From: Phycisphaera mikurensis NBRC 102666
GTDB lineage: Bacteria; Planctomycetota; Phycisphaerae; Phycisphaerales; Phycisphaeraceae
Assembly (NCBI RefSeq): GCF_000284115.1
Contig: NC_017080.1
Coordinates: 3,420,001 to 3,452,000 of the forward strand
Length of the DNA: 32,000 bases
Reading direction: 5' to 3'
Shown here piece by piece: positions 21,238 to 29,429 of this stretch (position 1 is its first letter; every line of letters starts with the position of its first letter). The translations under genes were made by a program, and so were the position numbers. The notes beneath the pieces are model-generated. The model was not told where the DNA came from, did not search any database, and saw only the letters and a list, made by a program, of their open reading frames with translations.

Positions 21238-24200
21238 TCAGCCCGGAGAACCGGAACCTCCGGCCACGCCACAGCCGACGACCACCTCGGTCGCACCGCC
21301 GAGCGCCGCGACCGGCAACGCCCAGCCGGCGCCGGCCCGCTGGGCCCCCGCGAGCGGCTCGCCGCCGGCGGTCGGCGGGGTCCCGGCCGGCACCGCCGGA
21401 TCGACCACGACCCGGACCGGGAGGCCACGCGCCGCGAGGTCCAGCTCCACCGGCCCGGCGAGGTCGGCGGGCAGCCGGGGGTCCAGCCCGAGCACCGCCG
21501 CTTCGCCGGAGCCCGCCACCGCCACGCCCACCAGCTCCTGCACGATCAGGCGGACGAAGATGCCCGGCCCGCTGGAGTAGACCCGCCAGCCGCCCTCCAC
21601 CGGCACCTCGCCGGCCATCACCTTCGCGTAGTGCTCGTCCGCCTCCTCGCGGTGGGCGAAGGCCGCGTCGGAGCTGCTGAAGTAGGCGTTGGCCTGCCGC
21701 GGGAGCGCATGGCTCACCGAGTCCGCGATGCCCACGGGGTTGACCTTCAGCAGCTCGGCGAGGACGCCTCCGGCTCCGGCTTCGGCGCCGGCCGCGTCGC
21801 GGCCGACGTTCGCCAGCACCTCGGCGTAGCGGAGGTGGCTGTGCGTGTACATCAGCCCGACCTCGCGGCCGAAGAACGCGGCCGACTCCGCCCGCTGGAA
21901 GGTCTCGCTCACACCGCCGCGGTACGCCGGCGGCCGGTCCATCAGGCGGGCGCCGTCGGGGGCGAGCAGGTGCTCGCGGAGGAGGGCGAGGTGGCGGGCG
22001 GCCGCGTCGCCGGCGAGGAGGCCCGAGAGGATCCCCCGGTTGATCGCGATGAGCCCGTGCCGCACGACGCTGCGGACGGCAGCGGGGTGCAGCAGCGGCT
22101 CCACGCTCTCGCCCGCCTCGTCGAAGATCCCGACCCCCATGACCTCGGCCTCGCCGTCGGGGCCCGGCGGCGTGAGCAGGCGGTGGAAGTCGGCGGCGAG
22201 CGCGTCGGCCCGGGCCTCCAGCCGGCCCTTCCACGCCGGGTCCCCGCAGCCCACCGCGAGCCCCAGCAGCGTTTCGAAGAGCAGCGCGTTCGTCCACGCG
22301 CTCACCATCCGCTCCGCCATCCACGGCTCCGCCGGCTGCAGCGCGTCGTTCCAGTCGCCGTGGCCGTAGGCCATGAGCGCGGTGCCGGGGATCCGGTGCG
22401 CGTCGATGTTGCCGACGGCGGCTTCGGCGTGCTCGCGCAGCGTCGAGGCCGCGTCGTCGTCGACCCAGGCGACCTTCTCCTCCAGCAGGGCCGCGTGGCC
22501 GGCGGCGCGGAGGTGGTCCGCCAGCGCCTTGAGCGGCCAGACGACCACGTCGCCGTGCGCGTCGCCGGCGCGGGTGTCCTGGTAAGGGGGAAGCATGAAC
22601 CACTGCGGCCAGCCGCCGGCGGCGACGCCGCCGCCGCCGGCCCGGCGCTGGTTCGCGAAGACGATCTTCAGGATCTCCGCCACCACGTCGTGCCGGCCCA
22701 GCCCCGCGAGCAGCTCCACCGGGCCCTGGCACACGTCGCGCGTGCCCCAGGCGCCGCCGGTGAACTGCTCGAGGCCCACCGGCGTGGAGAGGTGGATCAC
22801 CGCGTTGTGCACCAGCCACGGCAGCGCTTCGGACAGCCGCCGCGTCCGCGGGTCGGGCCCGGCGTCGAAGCCGGCGCGGGCGGCAAGGCCAAGCCAGAAG
22901 GCGTCGGGGTCGGCCGGCTCGTCGGAAACGTCCACCGTCTCCGCGAGGTTGTTGCACAGCTCGATCGTCCACGCCGTCGCCGCCTCCGCCGCCAGCACGG
23001 CGACCAGCCACGGGTGGCCGACCCGCTCCTCGCCGGTCAGCAGCTCGTCCCCGCCGAGCGTCTGCGCCGAGCCCTCGGCGAAGCGGAGCAGCAGGCCCGG
23101 CGCCGGGCCCTGCGCGTCCAGCGGCGAACCGCCCGCGGGCCGCGCCGCGAAGCCGTCGTCGAGCACGCCGACCTCCACCGCCGCCGCGTTCTCCGCAGGC
23201 CCCGGGCTCACCTGCAGCGACACCCGGAGCCGCCGCGGCTCGCCGGCGAGCCACTCCGCCGCGTACGCCAGCAGCGGGCCCTCGGCCGCGGCCGCCACCC
23301 ACACCCGCAGCACGTCGGGCCCGAAGCGGTACCACCAGCTCGCCGTGCCCGGGGTGGTGGCGAACGCGGTGGCGACGCCGAGGACGCGCCAGCCGCCGGG
23401 GGCTCCCTCGTCCTCGACGGCGATCCGCAGGCCGGTCGAGGGGTCGAGGTTCAGCTCGTCGCGGACGACGCCGCTCCAGCGGCCGAAGACGGTGTTGCCC
23501 AGCGTGAGGTGCGAGCCGAAGGCGCCGCGCTGGAACACGGTCGCCGTCGCGAGCTCCGCACCGGGCATCAGCCCCTCGCCGGTGCGCAGCAGGTGGCCGT
23601 GGCCGCGGCGTAGCCGGGCCTCCTTGCCGCGGGTGGCGACGTGCGTGGCCTCGCCGCAGAAGAAGGAGGCCAGCTCGCCGTGCAGCTCCTCGATCTCGCG
23701 CCAGTCGTCGCGCGGGCCGAACCAGGCCGCGAGGTCTTCGCCCGAAGCCGGATCGCCGGCGAGCGGCGCGGCGGCGAAGCCGCGGACCGCGGCCAGAACC
23801 GGCGTCCCGGACCGGCGGTCCGCGGATTTCTGCCGCGACTTCTGCCGCGCGCCCGCCGCGGCCCGCTCGATGGCGTCGACCCGCGACAGATCCTCGCCCG
23901 ACGAAGCCTGGGGGTGGTCCGGGCAGAGCTCGAAGAAGAAGGTCGCCTCGCCGGGCCGCCCCGGGGCGACCCGCAGCGGGCAGCTCCGCAGCACGGCCGC
24001 CGCCGCCTCGTGCTGGCAGACGTTGGCGCCCTCGGGCCACTGCCGCACCCCGGCGTCGGGCGTCGCCACCTTCGCCCGCGTGCCCATCGCCGCCACGGCG
24101 TCGGTCGCGACGCCGACGCAGGACGGCACGCAGCCGGCCAGCACCTGGGGGAAGCCGGTCGACTGCTTCAGCGCCTGACGGCACAGCTGCACGAGCCCCA

Positions 24201-24693
24201 CCCGGCCGTGCTCGAGGACGGCGTGATCGACGTAGTGCGAGACGTACTTCTCGTTGTTCCGCAGCGTCCCCTCGTCGGCGAGCCCGATCCCGGCGAGCAG
24301 CAGCAGCTCGACCTCGGCCTCGTCCTGCGGCGTGTCGGCCTCCACGCGGACGAGCCAGAACCAGCGGGCGGCGTCGGCGTCGAGCCGCAGCTCGACCGCG
24401 TAGCCGAAGCCGCCCGCGTCGCCGGACCAGCGGATCGCCTCGTCGCTCGCGGCCAGCGTCGGCTCCGCCCCCGGCCCGAGCAGCGGCACCGCCGCCTCCT
24501 CCCCGGTCTTCCGCAGCCACAGCCGCGGCCCGCCGGCCGCGAGCGGCGAGGCCACCTCCGACGACAGCGCCAGCGACCCCGCGTTGAGCCGGGCGAGCCC
24601 GCCGGTGGCCCGCACCTCGGCGACGAGCCCCCCGCCCCCGCGGAGGCGGTGAACCGGCCAGTCGGAAGAGGCGAGCGTGCGGAAGTCCTGCAT
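21238..24693 (-). CDS. GH94-like (cellobiose/chitobiose phosphorylase, 'glycosyltransferase 36' type) alpha/alpha-barrel protein, 1151 aa
   Basis: 1151-aa ORF. The C-terminal half has LMAYGHGDWNDALQPA (the GDWND catalytic-loop motif of GH94), WTNALLFETL and MYTHSHLRYAEVL. I do not recognise the N-terminal ~500 aa. Confidence 0.6.
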   Translation of the reverse strand: MQDFRTLASSDWPVHRLRGGGGLVAEVRATGGLARLNAGSLALSSEVASPLAAGGPRLWLRKTGEEAAVPLLGPGAEPTLAASDEAIRWSGDAGGFGYAVELRLDADAARWFWLVRVEADTPQDEAEVELLLLAGIGLADEGTLRNNEKYVSHYVDHAVLEHGRVGLVQLCRQALKQSTGFPQVLAGCVPSCVGVATDAVAAMGTRAKVATPDAGVRQWPEGANVCQHEAAAAVLRSCPLRVAPGRPGEATFFFELCPDHPQASSGEDLSRVDAIERAAAGARQKSRQKSADRRSGTPVLAAVRGFAAAPLAGDPASGEDLAAWFGPRDDWREIEELHGELASFFCGEATHVATRGKEARLRRGHGHLLRTGEGLMPGAELATATVFQRGAFGSHLTLGNTVFGRWSGVVRDELNLDPSTGLRIAVEDEGAPGGWRVLGVATAFATTPGTASWWYRFGPDVLRVWVAAAAEGPLLAYAAEWLAGEPRRLRVSLQVSPGPAENAAAVEVGVLDDGFAARPAGGSPLDAQGPAPGLLLRFAEGSAQTLGGDELLTGEERVGHPWLVAVLAAEAATAWTIELCNNLAETVDVSDEPADPDAFWLGLAARAGFDAGPDPRTRRLSEALPWLVHNAVIHLSTPVGLEQFTGGAWGTRDVCQGPVELLAGLGRHDVVAEILKIVFANQRRAGGGGVAAGGWPQWFMLPPYQDTRAGDAHGDVVVWPLKALADHLRAAGHAALLEEKVAWVDDDAASTLREHAEAAVGNIDAHRIPGTALMAYGHGDWNDALQPAEPWMAERMVSAWTNALLFETLLGLAVGCGDPAWKGRLEARADALAADFHRLLTPPGPDGEAEVMGVGIFDEAGESVEPLLHPAAVRSVVRHGLIAINRGILSGLLAGDAAARHLALLREHLLAPDGARLMDRPPAYRGGVSETFQRAESAAFFGREVGLMYTHSHLRYAEVLANVGRDAAGAEAGAGGVLAELLKVNPVGIADSVSHALPRQANAYFSSSDAAFAHREEADEHYAKVMAGEVPVEGGWRVYSSGPGIFVRLIVQELVGVAVAGSGEAAVLGLDPRLPADLAGPVELDLAARGLPVRVVVDPAVPAGTPPTAGGEPLAGAQRAGAGWALPVAALGGATEVVVGCGVAGGSGSPG

Positions 24694-24699
24694 GGGCGG

Positions 24700-24705
24700 A
24701 GGCTA
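24700..24705 (-). promoter_or_regulatory. -10-like hexamer TAGCCT, 6 nt upstream of the ATG of the GH94-like gene
   Basis: The mRNA-sense sequence is CTCCGTAGCCTCCGCCCATG (24710..24691). Confidence 0.35.
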
Positions 24706-24922
24706 CGGAGCGACCCGGGCGACGCACCGCGGGCACGCCGTGCGGGCCTGCTCCCCGCGGCAGAAGGCGGACAGAACCCGTCGGGCCGACGCGGCGCGTC
24801 GGTCGCGGAGGGCGCGGCGAGCGCCGCTCCTCGCTGCGTGGGCCAGCCGCTTCCTTCGCGTCCCCCGCGTCCTCCCTCCCTTCGCGACGGAGCGGAGCGA
24901 CCCGGCCCGCAACGACAGGGCG

Positions 24923-26017
24923 TCACACCCGTCGCCGCAGCTCCGCCTCGATGAAGCCCTGGAGGTCGCCGTCCATCACCGCCTGCGGGTTGCCCTTCTC
25001 GAAACCGGTGCGGTGGTCCTTCACGCGGTTGTCGTAGAAGACGTAGCTGCGGATCTGCGTGCCCCAGCCCCGGTCGACCTTGCCGCCGGTCGCGTCGTCC
25101 ATCTCGGCCTGCCGCTTCTCCTCCTCGATCAGCTCCAGCTTCGCCCGCAAGATCCCCAGCGCCTGCTTGCGGTTCTGCTCCTGCTTGCGGTGCACCGAGC
25201 ACACCACCATGATCTGCGTCGGCTTGTGAACGATGCGCACGGCCGAGGCGACCTTGTTCACGTTCTGCCCGCCGGGGCCGGACGAGCGGGCGAAGGCGGT
25301 GACTTCCAGCTCGTTCTCGTCGATCTCCAGCTTGCCGTCGTCCTCGAACTCGGGCACCACGTCCACCGTGGCGAAGCTCGTCTGCCGCTTGCCCTCGGCG
25401 TTGTACGGGCTCACCCGCGCCAGCCGGTGCGTGCCGCGTTCGGCGGAGAGGTAGCCGTAGGCGAAGGGCCCGGTGACGTGCAGCGTCACCTCCTTCACGC
25501 CCGCCTCGGTGCCGTGGGTGAGGCTGACCTCCGAGGCATCGAAGCCCTGCTTCTCGAAGTAGTACATGTACATCCGCATCAGCATCTCGGCCCAGTCGTC
25601 GGCCTCGGTGCCGCCGGCTCCGCTCTGGATGGTCAGGTACGCCGCCTTGGCGTCGTGCTTGCCGGACAGCAGCGAGGTGATCTCCAGCTTGTCCAGGTCG
25701 GCCTCGATGGCGTCGAGCTGCTGATCGACCTCCTCCTTGCTCTCCTGATCGCCGGCCTCTCCGGCCATCTCCCAGAGCAGCACCGCGTCCTCGACCTTCG
25801 CCGCCGCCGCCTTCCAGGGCTCCAGCACCACCTTCACCGCCTTCATCTCGGCCAGCATCCGATTCGCCTGGTCCGGGTCGTCCCAAAACGTCGGCGCGTT
25901 CATCCGCTCGGTGAAGGCGGCCAGCTCCGCCTCCCGCTCCTCCACGTGCAGGGCTCTGCCCATGTCGGCGACGCGGGTCTGGTACTCGTCAAGAACGGCG
26001 GGGATGTTGTCGCGCAT
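24923..26017 (-). CDS. prfB: peptide chain release factor 2
   Basis: 364-aa ORF with SGAGGTEADDWAEMLMRMY, RVSPYNAEGKRQTSFATVDV (SPF/SPY tripeptide region) and RSSGPGGQNVNKVASAVRIVHKPT (GGQ motif). It is a single continuous frame. Confidence 0.95.
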   Translation of the reverse strand: MRDNIPAVLDEYQTRVADMGRALHVEEREAELAAFTERMNAPTFWDDPDQANRMLAEMKAVKVVLEPWKAAAAKVEDAVLLWEMAGEAGDQESKEEVDQQLDAIEADLDKLEITSLLSGKHDAKAAYLTIQSGAGGTEADDWAEMLMRMYMYYFEKQGFDASEVSLTHGTEAGVKEVTLHVTGPFAYGYLSAERGTHRLARVSPYNAEGKRQTSFATVDVVPEFEDDGKLEIDENELEVTAFARSSGPGGQNVNKVASAVRIVHKPTQIMVVCSVHRKQEQNRKQALGILRAKLELIEEEKRQAEMDDATGGKVDRGWGTQIRSYVFYDNRVKDHRTGFEKGNPQAVMDGDLQGFIEAELRRRV

Positions 26018-26116
26018 GGGAAGCCGCGGGGCGGGGGCGTGAGCGTACGGGGCCGGGGCCGGCCGGCACGGCGGTCGGCCCCGGCCCGCGGCCGCGGGTT
26101 GCCACGCCGGCGGCCT

Positions 26117-26794
26117 TTAGAGGAAGGGGTTGCCGGCCCGCTCCCGCCCCACCGTCGTCTCGGGGCCGTGCCCGGGGAGCACGCGGGTGTCCTCCGGCAG
26201 CGTCATCAGCTGGCGGAGCGACGCCTGCAGCGCGGCGGGGTCGGAGTGGGGGAAGTCGGTCCGGCCGACGCCGCCGGCGAAGAGCGTGTCGCCGACGATG
26301 GCGAGGCCCAGCTCCTGCTGGTGGAAGGTGAGCCCGCCGGGGCTGTGGCCGGGGGTCGCGAGGATCGCCCAGTCGAGGCCGGCGGCCCGGGTTGTGGTGC
26401 CGCCGGCGAGGGTGCCGGTCGCGGCGGGCGCCACCAGCGGCTGGCCGATCCAGGCGGAAAGGTTGTTCTCGGGGTCCTGCAGGTAGGCGGTCTCGGCGGC
26501 GTGGATCTCGATGGCGCAGCCGGGGTGGAGGTCACGCAGCTCGGCGAGGCCGGCGATGTGGTCGGCGTGGGCGTGGGTCAGCACGACCCGCTCGACGGCG
26601 AGCCCGAGCCCGCGGATCCGCGCGAGCAGCGGGCCGGGCCGCTGACCGGGGTCGAAGACGGTCGCGGCCGCGTCGGGCTCCCCGGTCCGGTACGCGAGGT
26701 ACGCGTTCGTGCCGAGGTCGCCGAGCTCGAAGGCCTCCACGCGGACGCCGGAGGAGGAGGAGGGTGAGGCATCGGTCGTCCGCGGGGTTTCCAT
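26117..26794 (-). CDS. MBL-fold metallo-hydrolase (glyoxalase II-like)
   Basis: 225-aa ORF with VVLTHAHADHIAGL (HxHxDH), TPGHSPGG, and GDTLFAGGVGRTDF. Confidence 0.9.
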   Translation of the reverse strand: METPRTTDASPSSSSGVRVEAFELGDLGTNAYLAYRTGEPDAAATVFDPGQRPGPLLARIRGLGLAVERVVLTHAHADHIAGLAELRDLHPGCAIEIHAAETAYLQDPENNLSAWIGQPLVAPAATGTLAGGTTTRAAGLDWAILATPGHSPGGLTFHQQELGLAIVGDTLFAGGVGRTDFPHSDPAALQASLRQLMTLPEDTRVLPGHGPETTVGRERAGNPFL

Positions 26795-26800
26795 CGGCGG

Positions 26801-26806
26801 ACGCTA
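26801..26806 (-). promoter_or_regulatory. -10-like hexamer TAGCGT, 6 nt upstream of the ATG of the MBL hydrolase gene
   Basis: The mRNA-sense sequence is CGCCGTAGCGTCCGCCGATG (26811..26792). Confidence 0.35.
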
Positions 26807-26971
26807 CGGCGCGCCGGCACCGGCCGCCGGTGGGGCCAGCCTCCGTGAACGATGTTCGACTCCGAGCCCCTCCAAGCGTCAGGACCGTTAGAGTCCCCGC
26901 CCGGCGGTCGATGGGTCCGGCTTCCGCGGCGCAGCGGGCCACCCGAACCGCAACCCGAGAGAGAACCCCGC

Positions 26972-29212
26972 ATGAGCCATCTGCCGCCCGCCGACTCCCC
27001 CGCGCCGGCCCCGCGTGACGCACCCGCCCGCGACGCCGGGCCCGGTCCTGCGCCGCTGGAGCCGCTCGAGAAGCGGGAGCTGCTGTCCGGCGGGCCGCAG
27101 ATCCTCACGATCGGCGACTCGATCACCTGGGGCTCGCCCGACCCGAGCCAGAGCTACCGCCGCGAGCTGGACCGCGGCCTGGAGCGGCGGGGCGTCGATG
27201 CCGAGTTCGTGGGCAGCCGCTCCGACGGCCGCGGCTTCGACAGCGACCACTACAGCCAGCCGGGGATCACCGCCGCAACCAGCTACCGCGGCAGCGGCGG
27301 CGAGTGGCGCGGTTCGCTGAACGACGGCTTCCGCAGCGGGCAGGTGCTCAAGCGCGGCGAGAAGCCCGACCTGGTCCTGCTGCACATCGGGACCAACTCG
27401 GTCAAGACCGGCTCCCGCGACGCGGACAACGCCGCGAACGAGCTGCGGACCCTGCTCAACACGATGGCCGACCGCTGGCGGCGCGGCGAGCTCGCCCCCG
27501 ACGTCAAGGTGCTCGTCGCCGACATCATCCCCGGGGGCCGCGGCAGCGGCGGCGGCGGCGGCCATCACCCGCTGGACACCCGCCGCCTCGAGAACATCCG
27601 GGCGTACAACGGCAAGATCGGGCAGGTGATCGGCCGCCTCTCCGACCGCGGCTTCGCCAGCCGGATCCAGCGGGTGGACATGAGCCGGATCGACGCCTCG
27701 AGGCTCGATCGCTCCGCGTTCTCCTCCTCGGAGCTGCGCTCGATCGACAACGACGGCGACCGCTGGGTCGACTGGTTCAACGGCGTGGACGAGGGCGGTT
27801 CGCAGCGGGGTGCCCGCGGCCACAACCCCGCGGTGATGAGCCGCGACCTGCTCCACCCGACCTCGCTGGGCTACCGGGTCCTGGGCCAGGCGTGGCTGGG
27901 TGCGGTGGTCTCCAGCGGGAAGCTCGGCAACGCCGGCGCGTCGCGACCCCTCACGCCGACGGCCCCTGCGCCGCGTCCTTCCGCTCCGAAGCCCGCGGCC
28001 CCCCGGCCCGTCGCGCCGACGCCCAAGCCGGTGGCGGGCAAGCCGAGCCTCTCGGGGGCGGGCACCGCCACCGCGGGTTCGACGTACCGGCTCGCGCTCG
28101 ACGACGGCGGGCTGAACGTCCGCAAGTGGTACGTCGACTTCGGCGACGGCTCCGGCGGCCGCTGGCTGGGACCGACCGACAGCGTCAGCCACACCTACCA
28201 GCGGGCCGGGAGCAACCCAACGATCCGGGCCTTCGCGGAGGTCAACGGCAAGCGGATCGGGGCGAGCGGCCTGCGCGTCGGCGTCGTCGGCGGGGGGAGC
28301 CACGCCGCGCCGAAGCCCGCGCCGAAGCCGGGGGCGCCCGCGTCGCCGCGCCCGGCCCCCGCGCCCTCGGGCGGCGTGGCGATCGCCGCCGCTTCCTCGG
28401 CGACGGTGGGCCGGTCGTTCGAGGTCGTCTTCTCGACCAATGGCGTGCGGGCGGACAGCTGGTACATCAGCTGGGGAGACGGCAGCAAGGGCCGGTGGAT
28501 CAAGGGCGCCGACCGCGTCAGCCACACCTTCACGTCCACCTCCGGGAACCGCACGATCCGCGCCTTCGCCCAAGTCGGCTCGAAACGGATCGGGGCGAGC
28601 CCGCTGCGGGTCCCCGTCCGCGCGGCGGGCCAGGGCGCCGCCCCCACGCCCTCGAAGCCGTCGACGCCCCCGATCCGTTCCACGGGCGACGGCCGCATCG
28701 ACCGCGCCTACTGGACCGGCATCGGTGGCACCCGCGTCTCGGACCTCACCCGGTCCTCCAAGTTCTCCGGCCGCCCCACCGGCACCGACACGCTGACCAG
28801 CCTCCGGGCCGGCAACTGGAACAACCCCCGCGACACCCAGAACTTCGGGAGCCACTACGGCCAGAAGCTTTCGGGCTTCATCGTCGCCCCCCGCAGCGGC
28901 CAGTACAGCTTCTGGATCAGCGGCGACGACAACGCCTCCTTCCGCCTGAGCACCGACGCCAGCACCTCCCGCCTGCGGGAGGTCGCCCGGGTCGACGGCT
29001 GGACACGCGAGCTGCAGTGGGACAAGTACCGGGGCCAGAGGTCCGCCTCCATCTGGCTCTCCGCCGGCAGCAGCTACGCCTTCGAGGTGCTGCACAAGGA
29101 GGGCTCCGGCGGGGACCACGTCGCCGTGGGCTGGCGGACCCCCGACCACGGGGGCGGGCGGAGCCCGGCGGAGGTGATCGGCTCGGACCACCTGTCGCGC
29201 TACGCGGTCTGA
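26972..29212 (+). CDS. secreted SGNH/GDSL hydrolase with two PKD-like repeats and a C-terminal PA14-like domain
   Basis: Track ORF 26852..29212, trimmed to ATG 26972 (MSHLPP). It has ILTIGDSITWG (GDS block) and VLLHIGTNS. Two ~70-aa repeats are present (WYVDFGDGSGGRWLGPTDSVSHTYQRAGSNPTIRAFAEVNGKRIGAS / WYISWGDGSKGRWIKGADRVSHTFTSTSGNRTIRAFAQVGSKRIGAS). GQKLSGFIVAPRSGQYSFWISGDDNASFRLS is PA14-like. Confidence 0.85.
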   Translation: MSHLPPADSPAPAPRDAPARDAGPGPAPLEPLEKRELLSGGPQILTIGDSITWGSPDPSQSYRRELDRGLERRGVDAEFVGSRSDGRGFDSDHYSQPGITAATSYRGSGGEWRGSLNDGFRSGQVLKRGEKPDLVLLHIGTNSVKTGSRDADNAANELRTLLNTMADRWRRGELAPDVKVLVADIIPGGRGSGGGGGHHPLDTRRLENIRAYNGKIGQVIGRLSDRGFASRIQRVDMSRIDASRLDRSAFSSSELRSIDNDGDRWVDWFNGVDEGGSQRGARGHNPAVMSRDLLHPTSLGYRVLGQAWLGAVVSSGKLGNAGASRPLTPTAPAPRPSAPKPAAPRPVAPTPKPVAGKPSLSGAGTATAGSTYRLALDDGGLNVRKWYVDFGDGSGGRWLGPTDSVSHTYQRAGSNPTIRAFAEVNGKRIGASGLRVGVVGGGSHAAPKPAPKPGAPASPRPAPAPSGGVAIAAASSATVGRSFEVVFSTNGVRADSWYISWGDGSKGRWIKGADRVSHTFTSTSGNRTIRAFAQVGSKRIGASPLRVPVRAAGQGAAPTPSKPSTPPIRSTGDGRIDRAYWTGIGGTRVSDLTRSSKFSGRPTGTDTLTSLRAGNWNNPRDTQNFGSHYGQKLSGFIVAPRSGQYSFWISGDDNASFRLSTDASTSRLREVARVDGWTRELQWDKYRGQRSASIWLSAGSSYAFEVLHKEGSGGDHVAVGWRTPDHGGGRSPAEVIGSDHLSRYAV

Positions 29213-29272
29213 AGCATCGACGCGGCCCCGCGGCCGCTGCGGTCCCGGTCGATTTCCCGGCGGCACGGACCC

Positions 29273-29300
29273 GGCGTCGGGCGTCGGGCGTCGGGCGTCG
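29273..29300. repeat. heptanucleotide microsatellite GGCGTCG x4, intergenic
   Basis: Four perfect head-to-tail copies lie between the convergent genes ending at 29212 and 29430. Confidence 0.9.
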
Positions 29301-29429
29301 CGATCCTGACGGGTTCCACCGGCCGCGCCCGCGTCGGAGGGGAGCTGGCTCGGCAAGCCGGCGTCTCCACCGGATCCAGGCCCGGATCGCACGCGACAGG
29401 CGCGGGCGAGCGGCCGCAGACGAGCAACC

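Noticed and set aside
24923-26017. A programmed +1 frameshift site in prfB (in-frame TGA near codon 26, as in E. coli).
   Set aside because: The whole RF2 (364 aa, including the region aligned to the E. coli frameshift site, ..MGRALHVEEREAEL..) is encoded in one uninterrupted frame.
29213-29429. Rho-independent terminators between the convergent genes (GC-rich palindromes such as gcggccccgcggccgc).
   Set aside because: There is no stem-loop followed by a T-tract on either strand. GC palindromes are expected by chance at this base composition.
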